Shown: positions 27,267 to 35,186 of the stretch, one piece after another
Layout of the letters: the number at the start of each line of letters is the position of its first letter
Numbering within the stretch: the first letter of the stretch is position 1
Source: Bacteroidota bacterium
GTDB taxonomy: Bacteria > Bacteroidota > Bacteroidia > Bacteroidales > GCA-2748055
Direction of reading: 5' to 3'
Length of the DNA: 55,405 bases
Assembly (NCBI GenBank): GCA_030631845.1
Contig: DAOVKJ010000002.1
Coordinates: 1 to 55,405 of the forward strand
Translations under genes and position numbers: made by a program
The notes under the pieces: generated by a model
Told to the model about the DNA's origin: nothing
What the model saw: the letters and a program-made list of their open reading frames with translations, nothing else
Database searches by the model: none

Positions 27267-27338
27267 AAATATCTGAAATAATTTCCATAATCTGGATGGC
27301 CAATCCTAAAACCCTTATACCATGTGATTGATCCTGAA

Positions 27339-29525
27339 TTAGTTGCCCAGTTCCAGCTGGTTACGCACCAGGTTGAAATAGTACCCTTTCTTTGCTATCA
27401 GGGCATTGTGCTTGCCCTCCTCTACGATCTTGCCCCTTTCAAGTACAATAATCTGGTCCGCATTTTTTACGGTGCTCAGGCGGTGTGCTATAATCAGCAC
27501 TGTTTTACCCATGAAAACCATTTGAAGGTTATCCATAATACGCCTCTCATTATTGGCATCCAGAGCACTGGTGCCTTCGTCAAGGAAAAGGAATTCAGGA
27601 TTTTTGTAGATGGCTCTTGCAATAAGGATCCGTTGTTCCTCTCCTCCGCTGAGGGTGAGACCCTCCTGTCCGATCACTGTATTGTAACCCAGTGGCAGCT
27701 GGTCGATAAAATCGTCCATACACGCCATCTTTGCAGCATATAACAGCTGGTCGGCTTTTATCTCATGTTCGCCAAGTGCTATATTCCTGGCAATGGTGTC
27801 GGAGAAGATATAACCATCCTGCATCACCACACCGCACTGGCTTCTCCACAGATCGGGCGACATCATCTGTATGTTCATATCGCCCGCTCTGATATCTCCT
27901 TTTGCGGGTGGGTAGAATCCCAGCAATAACTTAAGCAGCGTTGTTTTTCCACTACCACTGATACCAACCAGCGCTGTAACTGTATCCTTTTTCAGTGTCA
28001 GGTTGATACCCTCCAACACATTTCGTCGAATAGCGCCAGGATATGTGAAATCCAGATTATTTACCACCAGCTTCTCTATGGCAGGAAGTACTGTTACACC
28101 TGTTTCACGCTGATACTCATCTTCGGAGTCGTGTATTTCTCCCAATCGCTCCAGGCTGATTTTGGCATCCTGAGCCCTGTGAAAGAAGGAGATCATCTGT
28201 TCGATGGGACCATTTAATTGGCCCAGTATATAGCTGATTGCCAGTAGTGTACCAAGAGTCAGATTGCCATTCAGCACTGCGATGGCTGCGGTCACATTGA
28301 TCAGGATGTTTTTGGTTTCATTAATAAATACGCCCCCTGCTTCCTGATACTGGTTGAGGGAGAGCGATTTCATATTGACCTTGAAGAGACCTGCCTGGAT
28401 ATCCTTCCACTCCCACTGACTGGATCGCTCTGCATTGTTCAGTTTGATCTCCCTGATCCCGTGAATGATCTGAATCAGTTTGCTCTGATTTTCGGCCATT
28501 TTTGAAAAGTACTTCTGATCCAGCGTTCTTCTACGCTTCATAAAGATGAAGATCCATATGAAATAGAGCAGGCCGCCTGCAAGGAAGATCAGCAGAATCT
28601 TCAGGCTGTAGATTGCCAGGATGATGGCAAATACTACCAGGTTGACCATGGAGAAGAGGATGGTGAGCGAAGAGGTGGTCATAAATGTTTCGATCCTGCG
28701 GTGGTCGCCTATACGCTGCAGGATATCACCGGTGAGTTTGGTGTCGAAGAATCCCACAGGGAGCTTCATTAGTTTTGAGAGGAAATCGGAAATAAGTGCA
28801 ATATTGACACGTGCACTCAGGTGAAGCAGGATCCATCTGCGGATAAAGTCAATCCCCATCTGGGAGATGATCAGCACAAACTGGAAAAGCAGCACCAGGT
28901 AGATAAAGGGAAGATCCTGGTTGGTGATCCCGAAATCGACTATGGACTGGAACAGAAAAGGGAGCAGGAACTGGATAATGCTTCCAATGATCAAACCCAG
29001 CAGGAGGTGGTATACATAGCGCCGGTAAGGAGCCAGGTACCGGAACAGGTACCTGAAACCGGTTTTCTTTATGGGCTCGTCTTCCTGGTTCAGAAAGTCG
29101 GGTGTGGGTTGAAGCAGCAGGGCGGATCCTTTGGCTTCTCCCTCCTGGCGGGTACTGATCCAGCCCTTCAGGAACTCCTCTTTCGTGTAGACGGCCTGTC
29201 CAAATGCAGGATCGGACACATATACCTTATCCTTGCGGATCTTATATACCACCACAAAATGCTTCTGCTGCCAGTGAACAATCACCGGCAGCGGTGCCTC
29301 CTCCTGAAGACGTTCCCATGTGAGAGAGACGCCCATGGTCTGCATCCCAATCTCCTCTGCGCCCCTGGCGATACCAAGCATCGATACTCCCTCTCTGGTG
29401 AGGTGTGATTTCTCCCTGAGTGTTTGAAGGGTAAAATGTTTGCCGTAATGACGGGCCACCATTCTCAGACAGGTGGGTCCGCAGTCCATGGCATCAAGTT
29501 GCTTGTAGAAAGGGAATGAGGGCAT
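27339..29525 (-). CDS. peptidase C39 domain-containing ABC exporter (PCAT, bacteriocin/peptide exporter type)
   Basis: 728 aa. It has the catalytic-Cys motif 'QLDAMDCGPTCL', six TM helices, Walker A 'GISGSGKTT', the signature 'LSGGEEQR' and Walker B 'FLFLDEGTSALD'. Confidence 0.92.
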   Translation of the reverse strand: MPSFPFYKQLDAMDCGPTCLRMVARHYGKHFTLQTLREKSHLTREGVSMLGIARGAEEIGMQTMGVSLTWERLQEEAPLPVIVHWQQKHFVVVYKIRKDKVYVSDPAFGQAVYTKEEFLKGWISTRQEGEAKGSALLLQPTPDFLNQEDEPIKKTGFRYLFRYLAPYRRYVYHLLLGLIIGSIIQFLLPFLFQSIVDFGITNQDLPFIYLVLLFQFVLIISQMGIDFIRRWILLHLSARVNIALISDFLSKLMKLPVGFFDTKLTGDILQRIGDHRRIETFMTTSSLTILFSMVNLVVFAIILAIYSLKILLIFLAGGLLYFIWIFIFMKRRRTLDQKYFSKMAENQSKLIQIIHGIREIKLNNAERSSQWEWKDIQAGLFKVNMKSLSLNQYQEAGGVFINETKNILINVTAAIAVLNGNLTLGTLLAISYILGQLNGPIEQMISFFHRAQDAKISLERLGEIHDSEDEYQRETGVTVLPAIEKLVVNNLDFTYPGAIRRNVLEGINLTLKKDTVTALVGISGSGKTTLLKLLLGFYPPAKGDIRAGDMNIQMMSPDLWRSQCGVVMQDGYIFSDTIARNIALGEHEIKADQLLYAAKMACMDDFIDQLPLGYNTVIGQEGLTLSGGEEQRILIARAIYKNPEFLFLDEGTSALDANNERRIMDNLQMVFMGKTVLIIAHRLSTVKNADQIIVLERGKIVEEGKHNALIAKKGYYFNLVRNQLELGN

Positions 29526-29557
29526 ACACAGGATTGCTTATGCCCCTAAATTAAGAA

Positions 29558-30301
29558 TTATTTTAACAATACCTTTTCCAATTTGATGGCATCGGATTGG
29601 TAGGGTCCGTGCTGTTCAGTTAAAGGATGGATCTTCTCCAGGGCCGCTTCCCGACTGCCCGATTTCAGGTGAGCCAGGGCGATGTACCAGGTAATGGCCT
29701 GGTCTGGAAGATCCATGCTATCGGGTTCGTTAACCACGATCATACCCATGACCTCATCCTGACGGTCCAGTTCAATGGCCGACAACAGGTAATAAAGCTG
29801 GAGCTGTCTATTCTCCCTCTCTTCAGAGATCCGGTCCGAGAGCAGTTTCATGGATCGCTGGTAATTCCCTTGGCGGTAATGCAGGATTCCGGGTTCAGAC
29901 TCTCCCCGTGTATCCTGGTAGTACGCAAGCACTACCGGGTCCCTGGCAGGATCATAATACCTGGCGAGTACTCTTTCGTTCCCGGGATGGCTCAAAAGAG
30001 TGGAGAGGATGATGGCAAGAGCGCATGCTGCCGCCATAGGGATATACCACCGGGTCCGCAACCACATTTTTCGGGGTTCCGTTAACGGAAGTTCGTGGCT
30101 CATGGCCTTTTGCAGTTTTGTCCGGAAAACCTCTTCGTCGCGTTTCTGCAGCTGATCACGGATCAAGTCATATGCTGCCGATTGTTGCTCAAACTCTCTC
30201 TTTAGCTCGCCATTGGATTCCAGCTCCTTTTCGAAGGAGGAGGCCTCTTCCCGGCTGAGGTCGCCCGACAAATATTTAATAATAAGATCAACGTAGCTCA
30301 T
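29558..30301 (-). CDS. anti-sigma-like single-pass membrane protein with a TPR-like periplasmic domain
   Basis: It overlaps the sigma gene by 14 nt. It has the N-terminal 'YLSGDLSREEASSFEKEL' helix typical of Bacteroidota anti-sigma N-domains and one TM helix ('IPMAAACALAIILSTLL'). Confidence 0.5.
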   Translation of the reverse strand: MSYVDLIIKYLSGDLSREEASSFEKELESNGELKREFEQQSAAYDLIRDQLQKRDEEVFRTKLQKAMSHELPLTEPRKMWLRTRWYIPMAAACALAIILSTLLSHPGNERVLARYYDPARDPVVLAYYQDTRGESEPGILHYRQGNYQRSMKLLSDRISEERENRQLQLYYLLSAIELDRQDEVMGMIVVNEPDSMDLPDQAITWYIALAHLKSGSREAALEKIHPLTEQHGPYQSDAIKLEKVLLK

Positions 30302-30866
30302 TTTTCAGTCGTTTAAATAGGGGGTCGTTCACAATCCTCTTTATCAGGCTTTTTTTGCATCTGTATTTTCTGTCTGCCGTGTGGTGAAGATCCTTGTAAT
30401 TCATTGCAATACGGATATCTTCCACACTAAAATTGTTGAAATACATAGAGAGGATCTTCTGGCAATCCTTACTTAGCTCCTCAAAATGTTTATTGAACAG
30501 ATTGGTCAGGTGATTCTGAAGCAAGGGGTCATCGGCAGCTCCGGGATCATTTACCACAAGAGGTTGTTGTCGCAGTTTCTCGGCTCGCTGCAGATACTTT
30601 TTGCGCTCCTGCATCCAGATATTCTTGCAGATGGCGTAGAGGTAGGTTCCAAATTTACAGCTTAACTCCAGCTCGTCCGATTTGATGCGGTTGTATACAA
30701 TGATCATTGCATCCTGGAATATATCCCTGGCCTGCTCCCTCGATCCCTGGTTGTGGATAATGTATCCTTCAATGATGGGATAGTAGGTTTCATACACATG
30801 CCGGAGGAGAGGCGAATCGTGGTTTCTGATTCCTTTGATCAAATCGTTATTGGAAGGGAGTTTCAT
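30288..30866 (-). CDS. RNA polymerase sigma-70 family factor (ECF-like, regions 2 and 4)
   Basis: Region 2 is 'ARDIFQDAMIIVY...TYLYAICKNIWMQERKK' and the region 4 HTH is 'CQKILSMYFNNFSVEDIRIAMNY'. Confidence 0.8.
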   Translation of the reverse strand: MKLPSNNDLIKGIRNHDSPLLRHVYETYYPIIEGYIIHNQGSREQARDIFQDAMIIVYNRIKSDELELSCKFGTYLYAICKNIWMQERKKYLQRAEKLRQQPLVVNDPGAADDPLLQNHLTNLFNKHFEELSKDCQKILSMYFNNFSVEDIRIAMNYKDLHHTADRKYRCKKSLIKRIVNDPLFKRLKNELR

Positions 30867-30877
30867 TATTCAGAATC

Positions 30878-30909
30878 AAAAAAAGGCAGGTGATTTTTGA
30901 TCACCTGCC
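30878..30909 (-). terminator. intrinsic terminator-like hairpin plus U-tract, 12 nt upstream of the sigma-factor ATG
   Basis: On the minus strand, GGCAGGTGAT/ATCACCTGCC forms a 10-bp stem (30885-30909) followed by T7 (30884-30878). Confidence 0.6.
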
Positions 30910-31093
30910 AGGATAGTAATAGTTTTAGTTAGCAAGTAGAAAAGAGAAATGCCTTTTCCAATTTTACTACCTGCAAATTTATTTGATTTACGCTGTAACA
31001 CCGGTTAATAATTATGTTTTATAACACATATACTGGTTGATGTGGTCACCGGCATTCATATCAGCGTCTTATCCTCACTTTTTTTTCTTTTTA

Positions 31094-32035
31094 TTAAAAT
31101 GGAAGGTTTGAGAGATCCACATTGCCACCTGAGAGGATCACTCCAACTTTTCTCTTTTTGAGTTCACCGCTGTTCCTGAAGATGGCTGCCACAGCCACAG
31201 CACTGGAGGGCTCAATGACGATTTTCATTCGTTCCCAGATGAACTTCATGGCCTCAATAATCTCATTCTCCTCCACCCTGATGATTTTGCTGACAAGCTT
31301 TTGGATGATGGGGAAATTCTGATCGCCCAGCTGCGTTTTTAGTCCGTCTGCAATGGTTTTTGGATTGATACTGGGTTGTATCTTTCCGGTTTTCAGGGAG
31401 AGGTATGCATCATCGGCACCAAATGGTTCAGCACCTATGGTTTCGATATAGTAGTGGAGATGGTTGACTGCCAGTGCCGTACCAGCCAGGAGTCCTCCTC
31501 CGCCCACAGGGGCAATCACAACATCGAGCTGCTCCACCTTTTTTGCAAGCTCCATCACGGCAGTTGAGTGGCCCAGAATAACATTCATATCGTTGGATGG
31601 ATGGATAAAAGTTGCACCCAGTTTTTTCTGATGAATCTGCATGGTCGATTCCCTGCTCTTCAGGGTGGCTTCACATTCAATGATCTGGGCGCCATATCCT
31701 GCTACGGCATTTCGTTTAACAGCCGGAGCGTTAGAGGGCATTATAATATATGCCTTGGTATTGAGCGCACTGGCAGCCAGGGCGAGTGCAGCTGCAAAAT
31801 TGCCCGAAGAGTGGGTGATGACTCCGCGGGCGCGCTCATCCTCCGACAGCTGAAGAATAGCATTGACTGCCCCCCTGATCTTAAAGGAGCCTCCCCGCTG
31901 GAAGTTTTCACATTTAAAATAGACAGTAGCATTAAGCATCCCATCGATGGTGGAGGAGGTAAGCACCGGGGTATTGTGTACATAGGGCGCGATTCTTTTA
32001 ACGGCCACCTGTACATCTTTAAGAGCAGGTATCAT
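31094..32035 (-). CDS. PLP-dependent threonine/serine dehydratase (TrpB-like fold type II)
   Basis: 313 aa with the PLP-Lys motif 'GGSFKIRGA', 'HSSGNFA' and a glycine loop 'PVGGGGL'. Confidence 0.85.
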   Translation of the reverse strand: MIPALKDVQVAVKRIAPYVHNTPVLTSSTIDGMLNATVYFKCENFQRGGSFKIRGAVNAILQLSEDERARGVITHSSGNFAAALALAASALNTKAYIIMPSNAPAVKRNAVAGYGAQIIECEATLKSRESTMQIHQKKLGATFIHPSNDMNVILGHSTAVMELAKKVEQLDVVIAPVGGGGLLAGTALAVNHLHYYIETIGAEPFGADDAYLSLKTGKIQPSINPKTIADGLKTQLGDQNFPIIQKLVSKIIRVEENEIIEAMKFIWERMKIVIEPSSAVAVAAIFRNSGELKKRKVGVILSGGNVDLSNLPF

Positions 32036-32104
32036 AGCAACACAATTTAGTAAACAAATACCAATATCTATAAATATATGGTACTTTAAGGAAAAAGTAA
32101 AGGA

Positions 32105-32572
32105 TTACCTTCCAAAGCGATACCTGATGGAGAGACCAAAATCGAGCAAATCGGGTTCAAAAATAGCGTAGATATTGAGCATTGGTTTCCAGTCGAGACT
32201 AAAATTCAGCGGCAGGTCCCTGAGTGTATACTCGATACCTGCCACAGCTGCCACTCCCAGTGAGAACTCCTCTTTCCAGTCTCCTCCGAAGGCACCACCA
32301 CCCAGGTAGATGAGTGCTCTCTTATTTTTGAATGGCTCCAGGTGGTACTCATAGAGAGCAGAGAGGTTTAAGCCATTCCGGTTGAAAAGGATATCAGCTT
32401 CGATGGCCCACATTTGGTGCAGTCTGAATCCTTTATAGCTGATACCACTGGAGTAGCCGGCACGTATACCGGCAGCGTGATTATAGGGCTGTGCTTTCAG
32501 CTCCGCCTGCCATGTGGCCAAACAGAGCATCACTGCCAGTATAATCATATATCCGGTTTTCGGTCCCTTCAT
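32105..32572 (-). CDS. small outer-membrane beta-barrel protein
   Basis: 155 aa with a signal peptide and an alternating aromatic/Gly beta-strand pattern. It overlaps the upstream gene by 4 nt. Confidence 0.6.
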   Translation of the reverse strand: MKGPKTGYMIILAVMLCLATWQAELKAQPYNHAAGIRAGYSSGISYKGFRLHQMWAIEADILFNRNGLNLSALYEYHLEPFKNKRALIYLGGGAFGGDWKEEFSLGVAAVAGIEYTLRDLPLNFSLDWKPMLNIYAIFEPDLLDFGLSIRYRFGR

Positions 32573-33519
32573 CTTTTTTCTATATCAATTGGTTTTTCCA
32601 CTCTGCCTCCGCTTACCTCGAAAACGGTTTCGGTATAAGAGGGGATTTTGAGTCCGGATGGAAGATAGTTGCTCTTCAGAATGGTGGTTTCGATCATTAC
32701 CCTCTGACGCGAGATGCACCGTTTCAGCCATCCTGTTTCCAGGTCCATCTGGAAATCATAAGTCTGGCTTCCCGAAACAGTCGATTTCACCTCTCCCATA
32801 CCGGTGGTTTCATAAAACTCTTTCATGGCATTCAGCATGCCCAGTCCCTGAATCACTATGATGTCGTCTGTTGATTTAGTCAGGTAATAGCGGTTGACCA
32901 TCTTCACCGCCTTGGTGTTAAAATAGTAAGTGATGTCGTTGGTCCAGTTGGTCATGGGATGAATAACCGGGTAGATCCATACAAACAGGTTATAGAGGCT
33001 TTTGAATGCATCCGGACCATATGCCTCCTCCAGTGTCTTTAATATGACCTGTTGTTTTGTGGTGTCGGCAACGGGAGCTGAAGCCAGTAGTGCAAAAATA
33101 TCGTCTAAACCCTCAAGGCTCACCAGTTCGCCCCGTGGAGTCATCACCAGATGAAAAACGGATTGCTCCAGCATATCCACCATCTCTGTGAGCATCAGGT
33201 TTTTCCCCGATGCGGAACTAATATCTATATCCATCCGGGGTGCCAGCATGGAGATCAACAGCTCCCTGTACCGAACGCTCATATGAATCTGATTGGCACT
33301 GTCGATAGAATCCACACTGAATTCTAACCTGGTCAGGTTGTAGAAGGAGATCTCCTCACTGTCGATTGATTCGGAGTGGGTGTTCTGCTGCAGGTCTGTC
33401 TCCAGGTAATAGGTTTCACCCGGTTGCAGCCTGTAGGAGAGTGCGGGCTCCTGTGCCTGCATGCTACCCGCCTGATTCAGCAATACCGCAAGAGCAACGA
33501 TTATAAATGAGCTTTTCAT
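32569..33519 (-). CDS. exported hypothetical protein
   Basis: 316 aa with the signal peptide 'MKSSFIIVALAVLLNQAGSMQAQ'. I recognise no family motif. Coding is supported by its length and its operon position. Confidence 0.6.
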   Translation of the reverse strand: MKSSFIIVALAVLLNQAGSMQAQEPALSYRLQPGETYYLETDLQQNTHSESIDSEEISFYNLTRLEFSVDSIDSANQIHMSVRYRELLISMLAPRMDIDISSASGKNLMLTEMVDMLEQSVFHLVMTPRGELVSLEGLDDIFALLASAPVADTTKQQVILKTLEEAYGPDAFKSLYNLFVWIYPVIHPMTNWTNDITYYFNTKAVKMVNRYYLTKSTDDIIVIQGLGMLNAMKEFYETTGMGEVKSTVSGSQTYDFQMDLETGWLKRCISRQRVMIETTILKSNYLPSGLKIPSYTETVFEVSGGRVEKPIDIEKR

Positions 33520-33579
33520 GTGGTGGATAAAAGTAGCAATTATTGTCAGAATTCATTTTGTTATTCAAATAACAATATA

Positions 33580-33587
33580 TACATTTG
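33580..33587 (+). promoter_or_regulatory. candidate -7 promoter box (TACATTTG) upstream of hydG
   Basis: Matches TAnnTTTG and would give a leader of about 125 nt. Confidence 0.3.
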
Positions 33588-33720
33588 TGCTCGCTGAGAA
33601 GTTGGCTTTTCCGGCTTGGAGGCACCATTATTCATCTGATCCGGAGGAAGATCTGAAGGTAAAGAGTTCAATCTGAACATGTTTCTTTATTGCTTCCAAA
33701 GGCTCGTAAATCGAAAATAA

Positions 33721-35145
33721 ATGATCTACGATCCGCAGGTTTATGCCATTGAAGATAGAGCGATGGTCCCTTTTATTTCTGAAAAGGAGATCGAGAAGAC
33801 CTTAAAAGGGGCACAACCCACCAGAGAACTGGTGCGCGAAATTATTGCCAAATCATTAAACAAGAAGCGGTTGACTATGGAGGAGACTGCTCTGCTGGTT
33901 AATGCAACGGACCCGGAACTTGTAGAGGAGATCAAGGCGGGTGCCAGGAAGCTGAAGGAGCAGGTGTACGGGAAGCGGATTGTACTGTTTGCTCCCCTCT
34001 ATGTGGGGAACCTCTGCATCAACAACTGTGAGTATTGTGGTTTCCGAGCCTCCAACAAAAGCCAGAAACGCACTACGCTGACCCATCAGGAACTGATTTC
34101 GGAGGTGGAGATGCTGGAAGATATGGGACAGAAAAGGCTGATCCTGGTTTATGGTGAACACCCCAAATATACCCCCGAGTTTATTGCCGATACTGTACAA
34201 ACTGTCTACAAGGTGAAGAAGGGGAACGGGGAGATTCGCCGTGTCAATATCAATGCGGCACCCCTCGATATCCAGGGATTCAAAACTGTGCTGGATGCCG
34301 GGATAGGCACCTACCAGGTCTTCCAGGAGACCTACCATCGTGGTGCCTACTCCATATATCATACAGGGGGAGTGAAGAGGGATTATGACTGGAGGATATC
34401 TGCGCTGGACCGCGCCCAGGAGGCAGGTATTGATGATGTGGGGATCGGGGCACTGTTTGGATTGTATGACTGGCGTTTTGAGGTGCTGGGACTGATCCGG
34501 CATGTGAACCACCTGGAGGCGGTTTACAATGTGGGTCCACATACCATCTCTTTTCCAAGGCTCCAAAAGGCTTCCAATGTAAAATATGACCAGAAGTGGA
34601 TCGTTAGTGATGCGGACTTCACCCGCATGGTGGCCATACTACGGCTTGCAGTTCCATATACCGGCCTGATCCTGACGGCCCGTGAGCCGGCTGCCATTCG
34701 TGATGAGGTGCTTCAGTTCGGAGTTTCACAGATCGATGGGGGAACCAAAATCGAAATGAAAGGATATACCGAGAAGGATCAGCATCAGGACCTGGATGCT
34801 GAGCAGTTTCAGATCAGCGACAACCGCTCCCTGGCCGAAGTGATGGAGGAGTTGATCGAGAACGATTACCTGCCCTCTTTCTGTACTGCCTGCTATCGTA
34901 CCGGGCGGACCGGTGAACATTTTATGGAGTTTTCCGTACCCGGATTTATTAAGCGGTACTGCACCCCCAATGCCATCCTTACCATGGCCGAGTATCTGGA
35001 GGACTATGCACAGAACGGGACCAAAGAGAAGGGGTACCAATTGATTCAGAAGAACCTGAGGGAGATGGAGCAGGATCAGTTTAAGACAAGGCTGGAGGAG
35101 CGGCTGGAGCTTGTGAAAAGAGGCGAACGTGACCTCTATTTCTGA
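33721..35145 (+). CDS. hydG: [FeFe]-hydrogenase maturase HydG (radical SAM tyrosine lyase)
   Basis: 474 aa. It has the radical SAM 'CINNCEYCGF' motif and the HydG-specific C-terminal cluster motif 'CTACYRTGRTGEHFMEFSVPGFIKRYC', which ThiH lacks. Confidence 0.9.
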   Translation: MIYDPQVYAIEDRAMVPFISEKEIEKTLKGAQPTRELVREIIAKSLNKKRLTMEETALLVNATDPELVEEIKAGARKLKEQVYGKRIVLFAPLYVGNLCINNCEYCGFRASNKSQKRTTLTHQELISEVEMLEDMGQKRLILVYGEHPKYTPEFIADTVQTVYKVKKGNGEIRRVNINAAPLDIQGFKTVLDAGIGTYQVFQETYHRGAYSIYHTGGVKRDYDWRISALDRAQEAGIDDVGIGALFGLYDWRFEVLGLIRHVNHLEAVYNVGPHTISFPRLQKASNVKYDQKWIVSDADFTRMVAILRLAVPYTGLILTAREPAAIRDEVLQFGVSQIDGGTKIEMKGYTEKDQHQDLDAEQFQISDNRSLAEVMEELIENDYLPSFCTACYRTGRTGEHFMEFSVPGFIKRYCTPNAILTMAEYLEDYAQNGTKEKGYQLIQKNLREMEQDQFKTRLEERLELVKRGERDLYF

Positions 35146-35186
35146 TCTCGCACCATTTCTTATATTTACATGATGTAATCTGAGAA

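Noticed and set aside
31012-31059. 15-codon minus-strand ORF (MNAGDHINQYMCYKT) in the dehydratase/sigma spacer as a leader peptide or PCAT cargo
   Set aside because: It has no double-glycine leader and no regulatory codon run. It also lies upstream of the candidate -7 box, so it would not be part of the putative leader transcript.
33588-33720. Possible SAM or other riboswitch in the hydG leader
   Set aside because: I could not match any riboswitch consensus I know (SAM-I, SAM-II, etc.). Only short 5-bp hairpins are visible. An Rfam scan is needed before claiming anything.
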